NCBI GenBank assembly: GCA_043825735.1
Contig: JBDRRP010000037.1
Location: forward strand, 1 to 58,468
From: Pseudomonadota bacterium
Lineage (GTDB): Bacteria; Desulfobacterota; Desulfobacteria; Desulfobacterales; JBDRRP01
DNA: 58,468 nucleotides
Direction: 5' to 3'
In this document: positions 28,179-37,763 of the stretch, piece after piece
Layout: each line of letters begins with the position of its first letter
How positions within the stretch are numbered: position 1 is the stretch's first letter
Position numbers and translations under genes: made by a program
Notes under the pieces: model-generated
What the model was told of the DNA's origin: nothing
Databases searched by the model: none
What the model saw: only the letters and a program-made list of their open reading frames with translations

Positions 28179-29168
28179 ATGCGACGCCTCACCCCGATGT
28201 TGCTGCTGCTGTTGACCTTCTGCCTGCTGATCAGCGCCCCGACCGCCGCTTCGGCAGAACTCAGAATCAAACTGGGCGTAGTCACCAAGCCCGGATCGGC
28301 CCAGAACATCGTCGCCGACAAATTCAAGGAACTCGTCGAAACGCGCTCGGGCGGGCAGGTCGCGGTACAGATCTTCCACTCCCAGTCCATCGGCAACGAA
28401 ACCGAGATCCTCCAGCAGATCCAGATGGACACCATCCAGATGGGCGTCATCACCGCCGGCCCATTCGACACCTTCGATCCGATCGTCAGGGTGGTGAACT
28501 ACCCCTTCCTTTTCAAGGACGCCGCTCAGGCCGATGAAATCCTCGACGGCCCTCTGGGCAAAGAAATCCTCGACGACCTGGCCGCCTCCGGATTCAAGGG
28601 GCTGTGCTTTTCGGAAAACGGCTTCAGAAATCTGACCAACAGCAAGCGCTCCGTGAAAACCCCGGAAAACGTCGATGGTCTCAAAATCAGGGTAATGGAA
28701 TCGGCCATACACAAGGCCATCTGGCAGACCCTGGGGGCCAACCCCACGCCCATGCCGTGGCCCATCTACACGGAACTCGAGCAGGGCGTCATCGACGGAC
28801 AGGAAAACCCCCTGTGGGTCATCGAGGTCTACAACTTCTACGACATCCAGAAGTACATGACCCTCACGCGCCACGTCTACTCGCCCCACATCGACGTGGC
28901 CTCGCTCACCTGGTGGAATGGCCTCAACGACGATCAGCGGAAACTGATCTCAGAGGCGATGTGCGAAGCGGCCGTCTATCAGCGCCGGCTCAACCGGAGC
29001 AAGGATGCCGAGCGCTTGGAAATGCTGCGCGCCAAGGGCATGCTCATCGAGGACCACCCTGACGTGGCCGCGTTTCGCAAAAAAGTGGCCGGCATGAAGG
29101 ATATGGATCTGTTCAAGGAGCCCCGGGTAAAGGACCTGCTGAATCGGATGCTGGAGGCAACGAAGTGA
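28179..29168 (+). CDS. dctP: TRAP transporter substrate-binding protein
   Basis: Signal peptide; ENGFRNL, GLKIRVM and IDGQENP motifs; GGAG RBS before ATG 28179. Confidence 0.93.
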   Translation: MRRLTPMLLLLLTFCLLISAPTAASAELRIKLGVVTKPGSAQNIVADKFKELVETRSGGQVAVQIFHSQSIGNETEILQQIQMDTIQMGVITAGPFDTFDPIVRVVNYPFLFKDAAQADEILDGPLGKEILDDLAASGFKGLCFSENGFRNLTNSKRSVKTPENVDGLKIRVMESAIHKAIWQTLGANPTPMPWPIYTELEQGVIDGQENPLWVIEVYNFYDIQKYMTLTRHVYSPHIDVASLTWWNGLNDDQRKLISEAMCEAAVYQRRLNRSKDAERLEMLRAKGMLIEDHPDVAAFRKKVAGMKDMDLFKEPRVKDLLNRMLEATK

Positions 29169-29176
29169 AAACGCGA

Positions 29177-29407
29177 AGGGTCCAAGGGGTCAAGGGGTCG
29201 AGGGTTCAAGGGTAAAAAGCCCGACACCCCACCCCTCCGGCCACCGGAGTAATATCCCGAAAAAGATACCCTCAATGCAACGGCGGGCATTTCGCAAAAA
29301 AGGAATGCGGCTATTATTGGACGATCCCGCTCAAGGGGTTTTTATTTCCCCTCGTCGCTGTTAAGCCGTATAGGCGCAACCCTTGAACCCTTGAACCCTC
29401 GAACCCT
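29177..29407. repeat. Inverted pair of 8-bp tandem repeats (AGGGTTCA)n ... (TGAACCCT)n
   Basis: Arms at 29177-29213 and 29379-29407, between dctP and dctQ. Confidence 0.8.
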
Positions 29408-29419
29408 GGTTTTTTGTCC

Positions 29420-29899
29420 ATGCACCATCTCGACACATTCTGCCAGCGCCTGAACCGGATCGTGGAAGGACTGCTCTTCGGGATGGGCATCACCATGGCG
29501 GCCATCGTGGCGGCCCAGGTGTTTTTCCGCTATGCGCTCAACGCGTCCCTGTTCTGGTCGGAGGAAGCCGCGCGGTTTTTGTTGGTCTGGCTGACCTTTT
29601 TGGGAGCCGCCACCGCCTATTACCGGGGCAGCCATCCGGGCATCGACGCCCTCACCAGCCGGCTGCCCCGCAAAGCCAGGCGCATTGCCGCCGTCGCGGC
29701 CCACGGCGCGGCTGCCGGCCTGGCCATGGTGATGATCGTTTACGGCACTCGGTTTGCCTGGTTTGTCCGCCTCCAGATCACCCCGGCGCTATCGCTTCCC
29801 AAGTGGCTCGTATTTGCGGTCATCCCCGTCGCCGGATTCCTGCTGCTGGTGCAGATCACCCGGTTCATCGCCCACACCCTGTCAGGGGATGCGCCATGA
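29420..29899 (+). CDS. dctQ: TRAP transporter small permease
   Basis: QVFFRY..WSEEAARF motif; four TM segments. Confidence 0.9.
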   Translation: MHHLDTFCQRLNRIVEGLLFGMGITMAAIVAAQVFFRYALNASLFWSEEAARFLLVWLTFLGAATAYYRGSHPGIDALTSRLPRKARRIAAVAAHGAAAGLAMVMIVYGTRFAWFVRLQITPALSLPKWLVFAVIPVAGFLLLVQITRFIAHTLSGDAP

Positions 29900-31176
29900 C
29901 CGCCACCGTCCTGCTGGTGGCGCTGGTGGCGCTTTTCGCCGCAGGCACCCCCATCGCCGTCGCCATCGGCGCCGCATCGGTGCTGGCCATTATCGCACAG
30001 GGAGACTTTTCCCTGATGATCGTCGTGCAGCGGATGTTCGGCGGCACCGACTCCTTTCACCTCATGGCAGTACCGCTGTTCATGTTTGCCGGCATCCTCA
30101 TGGAAAAGGGGGGGATCAGCGAACGCATCATCGCTTTTGCCAACGCCCTGGTGGGCTGGCTTCCGGGAGGGCTGGCCGCCGTGGCCATTGTATCGGCCAT
30201 GTTTTTTGCCGGCATCTCCGGCTCTGCCGCGGCCGACACCGCCGCCGTGGGGGCCATCCTCATCCCCGCCATGAAGCGATCGGGCTATGATTCGGATTTT
30301 GCCGCGGCGGTACAGGCCTCGGGCGGTTCCATCGGCGTCATCATCCCCCCGTCCATTCCCATGATCATCTTCGGTTTTCTTACCGGCGCCTCCATCGGTC
30401 GCCTGTTTGCCGCGGGCATTTTGCCCGGCATCCTGGTGGGCCTGTCGCTGGTGGCGGTGGCCACGGTGATTTCCCGCCGCCGCGGGTACGCTGCCACCAC
30501 CCGGCTATCGGCAACCGAAATCGGTCGCACCTTCGGCCGCGCGGTGCCGGCCCTGGGCGCGCCGCTCATCATCCTGGGCGGCATTCTCTCAGGCGTTTTC
30601 ACAGCCACCGAGTCCGCCGCCGTAGCGGTGGTCTACGCCGTAGTGGTGGGTATGTTCGTCTACAAGCGCATCGGCCTCAGTGACCTGCGCCCCATTTTCA
30701 CTGAGGGCGCCGTAATATCGGCCGTGGTCATGTTCATTATCGCCAATGCGGCCATCTTCAGCTGGATTGCCGCCATCGAGCAGCTGCCGTCCCGCATGGC
30801 CGGAAGCCTACTTCAGATGACCGAGAACCCGGTGGTGCTGCTGCTGCTCGTCAATGCCGTCCTGCTGATTGCTGGCACCTTCGTGGAAACTACCGCCGCC
30901 CTCATCCTGCTGGTGCCCATGGTCATGGCCGTGGTGCCCACCCTGGGCATCGACCCGATCCAGCTTGGCGTCATCGTCGTCACCAATCTGGCCATCGGCA
31001 TGCTCACGCCGCCCATGGGGATCTGCCTCATCGTCTCCGGAGCCATCTCCGGCGACAGCATCGGCGCGGTCACGCGCCGCGTATTGCCATTTTTAGCGGT
31101 ATTGGTTATAGATCTCATGGTGATTTCATTTTACCCCCCGCTCACGTTGTGGATGGCTTCGCTGGTTGGCAATTAG
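29896..31176 (+). CDS. dctM: TRAP transporter large permease
   Basis: AVPLF, ISGSAAAD, IIPPSIP, FTATE and TPPMG motifs. Confidence 0.93.
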   Translation: MTATVLLVALVALFAAGTPIAVAIGAASVLAIIAQGDFSLMIVVQRMFGGTDSFHLMAVPLFMFAGILMEKGGISERIIAFANALVGWLPGGLAAVAIVSAMFFAGISGSAAADTAAVGAILIPAMKRSGYDSDFAAAVQASGGSIGVIIPPSIPMIIFGFLTGASIGRLFAAGILPGILVGLSLVAVATVISRRRGYAATTRLSATEIGRTFGRAVPALGAPLIILGGILSGVFTATESAAVAVVYAVVVGMFVYKRIGLSDLRPIFTEGAVISAVVMFIIANAAIFSWIAAIEQLPSRMAGSLLQMTENPVVLLLLVNAVLLIAGTFVETTAALILLVPMVMAVVPTLGIDPIQLGVIVVTNLAIGMLTPPMGICLIVSGAISGDSIGAVTRRVLPFLAVLVIDLMVISFYPPLTLWMASLVGN

Positions 31177-31232
31177 TGCCAGAGCCATCTGGACCTGCAT
31201 GACGTAAACCCATAATGCCGCGAGGACACACC

Positions 31233-32021
31233 ATGCCGACACCCATCACGGTCAACACCCTTTACAAAATGAAAACCGACGGCCGTAAAATCGTGGCCAT
31301 GACCGCCTATGACTTTCCCTTTGCCCGAATGGCAGATGCCGCCGGCATTCACCTTCTGCTGGTGGGCGACTCCCTGGGCATGGTGGTTCAGGGGGAGACC
31401 AGCACCCTGCCGGTCACCATGGATGAAATGATCTACCACACACGAATCGTTGCCCGGGGCGCGGTGAGCGCCATGGTCGTGGGCGACATGCCGTTTATGA
31501 GCTATCAGGCGAGCATCAGCGAGGCCGTGACCAATGCCGGCCGGTTTCTCAAGGAAGCCGGCGCCGCCGCCGTGAAATTGGAAGGCGGGGCCGCGGTCAG
31601 CGACACCATCGCCGCCATCACCGCCGCGGGTATTCCGGTCCAGGCCCATATCGGCCTCACGCCCCAGTCGGTTCACCAGATGGGCGGCTACCGGGTCCAG
31701 CGTGACCGGGACAGGCTCCTGTCCGATGCCCGGCAGGTGGAAGCCGCTGGCGCTTTTTCCGTGGTCCTGGAAGGCATCCCTACGGATATTGCGGCCGCCA
31801 TCACTGCCGAGCTTTCCATCCCCACCATCGGCATCGGCGCCGGGGCCGAGTGCGACGGACAGATTCTTGTCCTTCACGACCTGCTGGGCCTCCACGACCG
31901 ACACCTTCCCAAGTTCGTCAAACAGTTCAAGAACCTGCGCGCCGAGGCCGTGGACGGGATGACCCAGTATCGCCTGGCCGTTGAGTCCGGCGACTTTCCC
32001 GGACCGGAGCACTGCTATTAG
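31233..32021 (+). CDS. panB: 3-methyl-2-oxobutanoate hydroxymethyltransferase
   Basis: TAYD, LVGDSLG, DMPF, KLEGG, HIGLTPQ and GIGAG motifs. Confidence 0.97.
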   Translation: MPTPITVNTLYKMKTDGRKIVAMTAYDFPFARMADAAGIHLLLVGDSLGMVVQGETSTLPVTMDEMIYHTRIVARGAVSAMVVGDMPFMSYQASISEAVTNAGRFLKEAGAAAVKLEGGAAVSDTIAAITAAGIPVQAHIGLTPQSVHQMGGYRVQRDRDRLLSDARQVEAAGAFSVVLEGIPTDIAAAITAELSIPTIGIGAGAECDGQILVLHDLLGLHDRHLPKFVKQFKNLRAEAVDGMTQYRLAVESGDFPGPEHCY

Positions 32022-32024
32022 AAA

Positions 32025-32166
32025 AGGGTTCAAGGGTTCAAGGGTTCAAGGGGGTAAAGAGCATCTAGGAATGGATCCACCCCGTCATCAAGCAGCGATC
32101 AACATTCATTGGTAACCGTTTTTTGGGTTTCACTTGAACCCTCGAACCCTCGGCCCCTTGAACCCT
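32025..32166. repeat. Second inverted pair of AGGGTTCA tandem repeats
   Basis: Arms at 32025-32054 and 32131-32166, immediately after the panB stop. Confidence 0.8.
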
Positions 32167-32324
32167 TTTTTTATCCCTTGAATGTCGATCGCCCGCAGGC
32201 ATCGAATCTGCCTATTTTTGCACCGTGGCCAAAGGAGTTGCCAATTGGACATCAATGCGCTGCAGGCGCGGATTGCTGCAATGGAAACTGTTCCGGCCGT
32301 CTTTTTTGACAGAGGACGCTCGTC

Positions 32325-33227
32325 ATGAACGCCCTGCCGGAGGTGGTGGTGGTGGGTTGCGGTAAAGTGGGCAGCTCGCTGGCCATCCAACTGAAACGAC
32401 TGGGCTGGCCCATTAAAGGATTGGCCAGCCGTCGCATGGCATCCGCAGTGGCACTGGCCGACGAGATAGGCATCAGCCGAACGACTGAAACCCCCTGGGA
32501 AATAACCCCGAATGCCGGCGTGGTATTTATCACCACACCGGACGGTGCCATTGCGCCAGTGTGCGCAGCCATCGCTGAAAACAACGGGTTCACGCCAGGC
32601 ACCGTCGTGCTCCACTGCAGCGGCGCCCATCCGTCCACTTTGCTGGCTGCCGCCGCCGAATCCGGCGCTGCGGTGGGCTCACTTCACCCCCTTCAAAGCT
32701 TTGCCGCCGTTTCGCGAGACCAAAACCGTTTTTCCGGCATCATCATGGCCGTGGAAGGCATGCCCTCGGCTGTCGATTGCGCCGCTGACATCGCCACTGC
32801 CCTCGGCGCCCGCCCTCTTCTTCTGAAAACCGAAGGTAAAACCCTCTACCACGCCGCCGCCGTAGTGGCTTCCAACTACCTGGTGAGCCTGGTGGAAATG
32901 GCCGTTGAAATGCTGGTTGCCTCAGGGATCTCCGAGGACGCGGCCTTTTCCGTGCTCTCTCCCCTCATCAACGGCACCCTGGCAAATATCGCTGCCCGCG
33001 GCACCACCGAAGCCCTCACCGGTCCCATCGTCCGCGGTGACGCCGACACGGTGTCCCTTCACCTGGACGCCCTCCAGTCGCTGCGCCCCCATCTGCTGCC
33101 CGCCTACCGCAGTCTGGGCCGTCAAGCGCTGGACATCTCCCGCAGGAAAGGGCATCTGCCGGCCGAGACACTCGCAGCGCTGGAGCGCCTGCTGACGGGG
33201 CGACTCGAGGATGCACCGCCAACCTGA
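32325..33227 (+). CDS. panG: Rossmann-like plus DUF2520 oxidoreductase (PanG-type ketopantoate reductase)
   Basis: GCGKVG, HCSG, HPLQSF, YHAAAVVASN and LTGPIVRGD motifs; follows panB. Confidence 0.75.
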   Translation: MNALPEVVVVGCGKVGSSLAIQLKRLGWPIKGLASRRMASAVALADEIGISRTTETPWEITPNAGVVFITTPDGAIAPVCAAIAENNGFTPGTVVLHCSGAHPSTLLAAAAESGAAVGSLHPLQSFAAVSRDQNRFSGIIMAVEGMPSAVDCAADIATALGARPLLLKTEGKTLYHAAAVVASNYLVSLVEMAVEMLVASGISEDAAFSVLSPLINGTLANIAARGTTEALTGPIVRGDADTVSLHLDALQSLRPHLLPAYRSLGRQALDISRRKGHLPAETLAALERLLTGRLEDAPPT

Positions 33228-33333
33228 AAAGGCGTGGCCGTGGGAACGTCGCCCACACCGCCGTTCGGCCCCCATCTCCAAAGAGCCATCCGATGTCAAG
33301 TAAAAGCGCGATAATCGCGCTGTCGCCGGGCTA

Positions 33334-33385
33334 TGGGGTCAGGTCTCGACTTTTAACAACCGTTGGAAGTCGAGACCTGGCCCCA
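33334..33385. repeat. REP-like inverted repeat
   Basis: TGGGGTCAGGTCTCGACTT ... AAGTCGAGACCTGGCCCCA; a related pair lies at 48477-48497/48577-48596. Confidence 0.7.
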
Positions 33386-33687
33386 CTGTTGAGACTTCCA
33401 GCGATCCGGCCGGCAGGGGAATCTTATCCAGGCAGAAAAAAAGATGAAATAAAACCATTATTGGCGAAATAAAAACACTGCGGCGCCATATCAACAGTCC
33501 GCCGAATCGCCGCCGCAACGGCCACAATCATCCGCAGCGATGTCAGTGCGGTGATAATTGAGAGCATGGCCGAAATCCGACAACGGCATCTGAGCGCCAG
33601 GCAGGACCGCGACAGTCAAATCGGCATCCAAACCACCGGCAAAAATCGTATGATCACGCCGGAAGCCCGATCTGGCAGCATGATTGG

Positions 33688-33703
33688 CGGCACACGACTT
33701 GCT
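33688..33703 (+). promoter_or_regulatory. Sigma-54 promoter
   Basis: CGGCACACGACTTGCT has exact GG-N10-GC spacing; about 160 bp upstream of 33863. Confidence 0.65.
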
Positions 33704-33862
33704 ATCATACGCCTCAAGGGCTGGTCACTATTTTGTTCATCATCAGTTCACCATTGTCGAGAAAAAGCCCTAAAATCGGCGCATCCGACAGCCCCTTGCG
33801 CTATCTTCATAGGGTGTTCGCGCCCCGAAACCTTGCGGTAATTTGAAAGACTGGAGGATATC

Positions 33863-35356
33863 ATGCCTGATGCATCCATCTTGTTCAATATCACGCCGGT
33901 GCCGGTTCTTTCAGTGCTCGTATGGATATTTTTATGCATCGCCGCCTTGTATTTTGCGCGCCGGCCGTTTCATGAGTCCATGGGGTCACTGGGCCGTGTG
34001 ATCTACAATTCCATGCGCATGGCAGCCGCTTCGGTGAAAATGGCCCAGCAGCGGCTGGAAGCGCGCAACCGCCAGGTGCTTCTGGCCGCGGGTATGGAGC
34101 ATGCCGAGCGACGGACGGAACGTGAATTCGAGCGGATCCACACGGCGGTGGAACGAAACCTGGAATCCTATCCTCAGCTTCAGCGACAACTCCGTGAAAA
34201 CCTGTTGATGCTTGAAGAAGATTATCAGAAGACCGAAGAAATCCCCCAAAGCCTCTCAGACTGGGTAAAGGTGATCGAGGCCATCGCCGGCATCAAGCCC
34301 TCGGGGGATCCCATCGTGGCCGACCTGCTCGAAGATATCCATAACACCCTGAAGGATCAGAACAAGATCGCCATCGAAGGCCACCGAAAAGCGGTGGCCG
34401 ATCGCCACGGCATCCTCTCCCGCATGGTTCCCCAGTGGCGTGCCACGGACAAGACCCTCAAGGGAATCGAAAAGGCCATCTCCGATCTGACCGGGCGCTC
34501 CCAGGCGGTTGATCGATGCATCGCCGACTATGAAACCATCAAGGGCGACACCGACATGGCCGAGCGACAGCTCTCGTCGTCTTCATTGACCCAGTTTTTT
34601 ACATCCGGCCTGGTGCTGTGCGTGTTCGCCATCGGCGCCATCATCAACTTCAACCTGGTGGCGCTGCCCATGTCCGAGATGGTCGGCGGCGCCAGCTATA
34701 TCGGGGCGTTCAAGACCTCGGATGTTGCCGGCATGTTCATCGTTTGCCTGGAAATCGTCGTGGGAATCTTTCTCATGGACGCCCTGCGGTTCACCCGGCT
34801 GTTTTCCGTCATCGGCACCCTCGATGACAAAAAACGCAATTGGTTCTTCTGGATCCTGCTGGGCATGCTCACCATCCTCGCCGGCGTGGAATCTTCCCTG
34901 GCCTTCATGCGCGACCGCATAGCCGGCGACATGGAGGCTCTGAGACAAAGCCTGGCCGGCGTGGAACCCTCGGCCGTAGCCGCCAGCAATATTCCCACCA
35001 TTGGCCAGATGATCCTGGGATTTATCCTGCCCTTCATCCTCACCACGGTCGCGATGCCCTTTGAGACGTTCATTTCCTCATCGCGGACCGTGATCGGGAT
35101 GACCGGAGCCTGGTCATTGAGAGCGTTGGCGTTTTTCCTTCGCCTGGCCGGTACCATCGGCTATTACACGGGTCGTCTGGTGGTGAATGCATACGATCTG
35201 GTGATCTTCCCGGCGCTCTGGCTGGAAGCGCTGATTCTTCGGAAACCGGCGGCCGTGCCATCCGTGCCAAAAGACGATAAAAATCGGCCGGCCAAACAGA
35301 AAAAACCTATGACCATGCTGGAGGAGACGGGGCCATGCGAAAAAACAGCAGACTGA
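33863..35356 (+). CDS. Hypothetical membrane protein (N-terminal TM, long coiled coil, multi-TM C-terminus)
   Basis: 497-aa ORF with GGAGG RBS and host-like codon usage; overlaps the VWA gene. Confidence 0.85.
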   Translation: MPDASILFNITPVPVLSVLVWIFLCIAALYFARRPFHESMGSLGRVIYNSMRMAAASVKMAQQRLEARNRQVLLAAGMEHAERRTEREFERIHTAVERNLESYPQLQRQLRENLLMLEEDYQKTEEIPQSLSDWVKVIEAIAGIKPSGDPIVADLLEDIHNTLKDQNKIAIEGHRKAVADRHGILSRMVPQWRATDKTLKGIEKAISDLTGRSQAVDRCIADYETIKGDTDMAERQLSSSSLTQFFTSGLVLCVFAIGAIINFNLVALPMSEMVGGASYIGAFKTSDVAGMFIVCLEIVVGIFLMDALRFTRLFSVIGTLDDKKRNWFFWILLGMLTILAGVESSLAFMRDRIAGDMEALRQSLAGVEPSAVAASNIPTIGQMILGFILPFILTTVAMPFETFISSSRTVIGMTGAWSLRALAFFLRLAGTIGYYTGRLVVNAYDLVIFPALWLEALILRKPAAVPSVPKDDKNRPAKQKKPMTMLEETGPCEKTAD

Positions 35357-36009
35357 TCCCGATCGCGATCGTCGCCATCGCGTTGTCAGCCGTCGCGCTG
35401 CTGACCGCCGGCTGCGCCCAGAAGACCAACCACTCAAAAGGCGTGTACATGCTGGTGGACACCTCTGGGACCTACACCGAGGAGTTGAACAAGGCCCGAG
35501 CCATCATCAACTACATGCTGGGCACCCTGGCCCCCGGCGACACCATGGCAGTGGCCCGGATCGACACGGGAAGCTTCAGCGAAAAGGATATCGTGGCAAA
35601 AGTCACTTTCGACGACCGTCCGTCGATGGCCAATACGCAAAAACGCGCCTTCCAAAAGCAGGTGGCCGATTTTGTTGCGACAGTGAAAAGCAGCGGCTAC
35701 ACGGACATATCCGGCGGACTGCTGCAGGCCGTCGAATACCTGAACGAAGCGGGGTCCGGCCAGAAATACATCCTGATTTTCTCCGATTTAAAGGAAGAAC
35801 TGGCCAAGGGACACGTGCGCGATGTGCCCTTTGAATTGAAAGGATTCCACATCGTGGCCCTCAACGTCACCAAACTGGGGACCGATATCCGAGATCCCAA
35901 ACAATATATGCAGCGGGTCGAGGAGTGGCGGGAAAAAACCGAGTCCAGCGGCGGCACATGGCGGGTGATCAATGACCTTGAACGGCTGGACAATATGCTT
36001 TCATCGTAG
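35335..36009 (+). CDS. VWA-domain lipoprotein
   Basis: Lipobox TAGC; MIDAS-like VDTSGT...YTD...FSD. Confidence 0.85.
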   Translation: MRKNSRLIPIAIVAIALSAVALLTAGCAQKTNHSKGVYMLVDTSGTYTEELNKARAIINYMLGTLAPGDTMAVARIDTGSFSEKDIVAKVTFDDRPSMANTQKRAFQKQVADFVATVKSSGYTDISGGLLQAVEYLNEAGSGQKYILIFSDLKEELAKGHVRDVPFELKGFHIVALNVTKLGTDIRDPKQYMQRVEEWREKTESSGGTWRVINDLERLDNMLSS

Positions 36010-36211
36010 CCCCGTTACCTTCCTCGAAAGAAAGATGGCCTCTTAAAGGGCTTCCGTCCGGCATGACGGATCCGGCATCCGGCGGTGCCACCGATAAAAA
36101 AGCCCTCCGGGCAGTTCTGACGTCAGGAACCACTACGTAGATACCTATCAATTTCCTGCCAATACAGCATCCAACCCGAGGCTTACCGGAGGGCCTCTTT
36201 AAGCCACTTGC

Positions 36212-36301
36212 CGGACGGATATAATAGCCCTCATAGCGTTGACCATTGACCGCATAGGTCACGGGATTTCCTTCGGCGACGGCCGTGGATGCCGCCAGCA
36301 A
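36212..36301 (-). pseudogene. N-terminal fragment of an exported dienelactone-hydrolase-like gene
   Basis: LAASTAVAEGNPVTYAVNGQRYEGYYI resembles the DLH N-terminus; the downstream sequence is non-homologous. Confidence 0.4.
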
Positions 36302-36314
36302 TATGGAATGGGCG

Positions 36315-37715
36315 CTATTCGCGCGGGGTCACCACTACGGTCTCTCCGACGATGGTGCTGCCTCTATAAACAAAACGCGTATTGGCACTCAATTCCAGCT
36401 CGCTGCCGTCCTTCTTGCAAATGGTCAGCAGTGCCGAAGCGGGAACGCTTTGGCCCTTGGCGATTTTGTCCATTCGTTTGAGAAAACGCGCTTTGCTGTC
36501 CGGGGTCAACAGCCTCAATGGATCGTCGGCAAGCAGCTCTTCTCGCGTGTATCCGATGACATCGCACATCGCATCATTGACCTTGATAATTTTTCTCGTC
36601 CGATAGTCCAGCTCATAGATCCCGATCGGGGCGATATCGAATATCTGCCGGTATCGCGCTTCACTCTCCAGGATGGCGTCTTCCGCCCGTTTGTGTTCCG
36701 TGATATCGCGCATCACCATGACGCGGCCGAGCGGATGCCCCGCGCGGTCCGACAGCGGCGAGACCCGCACGTCATAAATGTGCTTATGGCCGTCGACCTT
36801 GATAGGAACCACACTTTGCCGCATACCATCGGCAATGCGTTGCAGCACCGGATACTTGAGTACCATTTCCGAAGTTCCGACCGCGGCATCCGCCGGCACG
36901 TCAATGTCCAAAATGGACGCAGCGACGGGATTGACGTCGATGACCCGGTTTTTGTTGTCAAACACCAGGACGGCATCTTCCAATGCGCGGAAAACCTCAT
37001 CTCTGGCAATGGGCAGGATATCCAATAGATTGTGGCGGAAAAACCCCCATGCCATGGCGCCCGCCACCAATGAAAAGGCAATAGGGCTGATGTCCATCGT
37101 GGGCACGGGGCTGTATCCCGTGATGTAGACGGCATTGGAAAGCCACACCGATGAAACGCCGGCAAAAATGACCAGCGCCTGGGCGCGCTGAATACCGGTC
37201 CGGGTAAACATCGTTTTCAAGAGAATAACGCTCAGAACCGCAGTGAGCGCATAATGATAAGCGAGAATCCCCCACCACAGGGGGCCGTGATTGAGGCCGA
37301 GCATCGCCTCCGTCCCGATGTCGACGGTATGATAACTAGTAAAAACGAGGTGATGAAAGGGGTTCGCCCAGACCAGCAGGATAATGCCCCCGGCAATCGG
37401 CAGCAGCACCGAGCGCAGGGTTGCGATGGTCCGTCGCCTGAAGCCGAAAATGGTCATTACAAATAGAAGACTCAGCGGCGGAATCGGGGCGATGCCGAGA
37501 TATTGGCTCTGGGTTAGAAAAATTTTGGTCGGCTGGTTGAATCCGAAAAAAAGCAGGCCTTCGCTCAGAGACCAGAAAGATGCCGCCAAACAGGCAACCG
37601 CCAAATACCCGGCGCCGCGTGCCTTCAGCCGGGTGCAGGTGTAGAGAAAAACGATGAAGATCAAAAGTGCTGCCGTGAAAAACGGCAGGCAATATATGGA
37701 TGCGAGGACTTTCAA
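36315..37715 (-). CDS. HisKA_7TM-type membrane sensor with two PAS domains and no output domain
   Basis: Seven hydrophobic helices (QYLGI, NPFHHLVF, HGPLWW), LLDILPIAR linker and two PAS repeats, then a stop. Confidence 0.8.
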   Translation of the reverse strand: MKVLASIYCLPFFTAALLIFIVFLYTCTRLKARGAGYLAVACLAASFWSLSEGLLFFGFNQPTKIFLTQSQYLGIAPIPPLSLLFVMTIFGFRRRTIATLRSVLLPIAGGIILLVWANPFHHLVFTSYHTVDIGTEAMLGLNHGPLWWGILAYHYALTAVLSVILLKTMFTRTGIQRAQALVIFAGVSSVWLSNAVYITGYSPVPTMDISPIAFSLVAGAMAWGFFRHNLLDILPIARDEVFRALEDAVLVFDNKNRVIDVNPVAASILDIDVPADAAVGTSEMVLKYPVLQRIADGMRQSVVPIKVDGHKHIYDVRVSPLSDRAGHPLGRVMVMRDITEHKRAEDAILESEARYRQIFDIAPIGIYELDYRTRKIIKVNDAMCDVIGYTREELLADDPLRLLTPDSKARFLKRMDKIAKGQSVPASALLTICKKDGSELELSANTRFVYRGSTIVGETVVVTPRE

Positions 37716-37763
37716 GGTATCGTCACCGTTTTGGGAGCTCGAGGCGCGCCCCGGGATCGCTCT

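Noticed and set aside
29177..29407. CRISPR-like array from the short repeats
   Set aside because: Units are contiguous 8-mers in inverted arms without unique spacers; no cas genes in the window.
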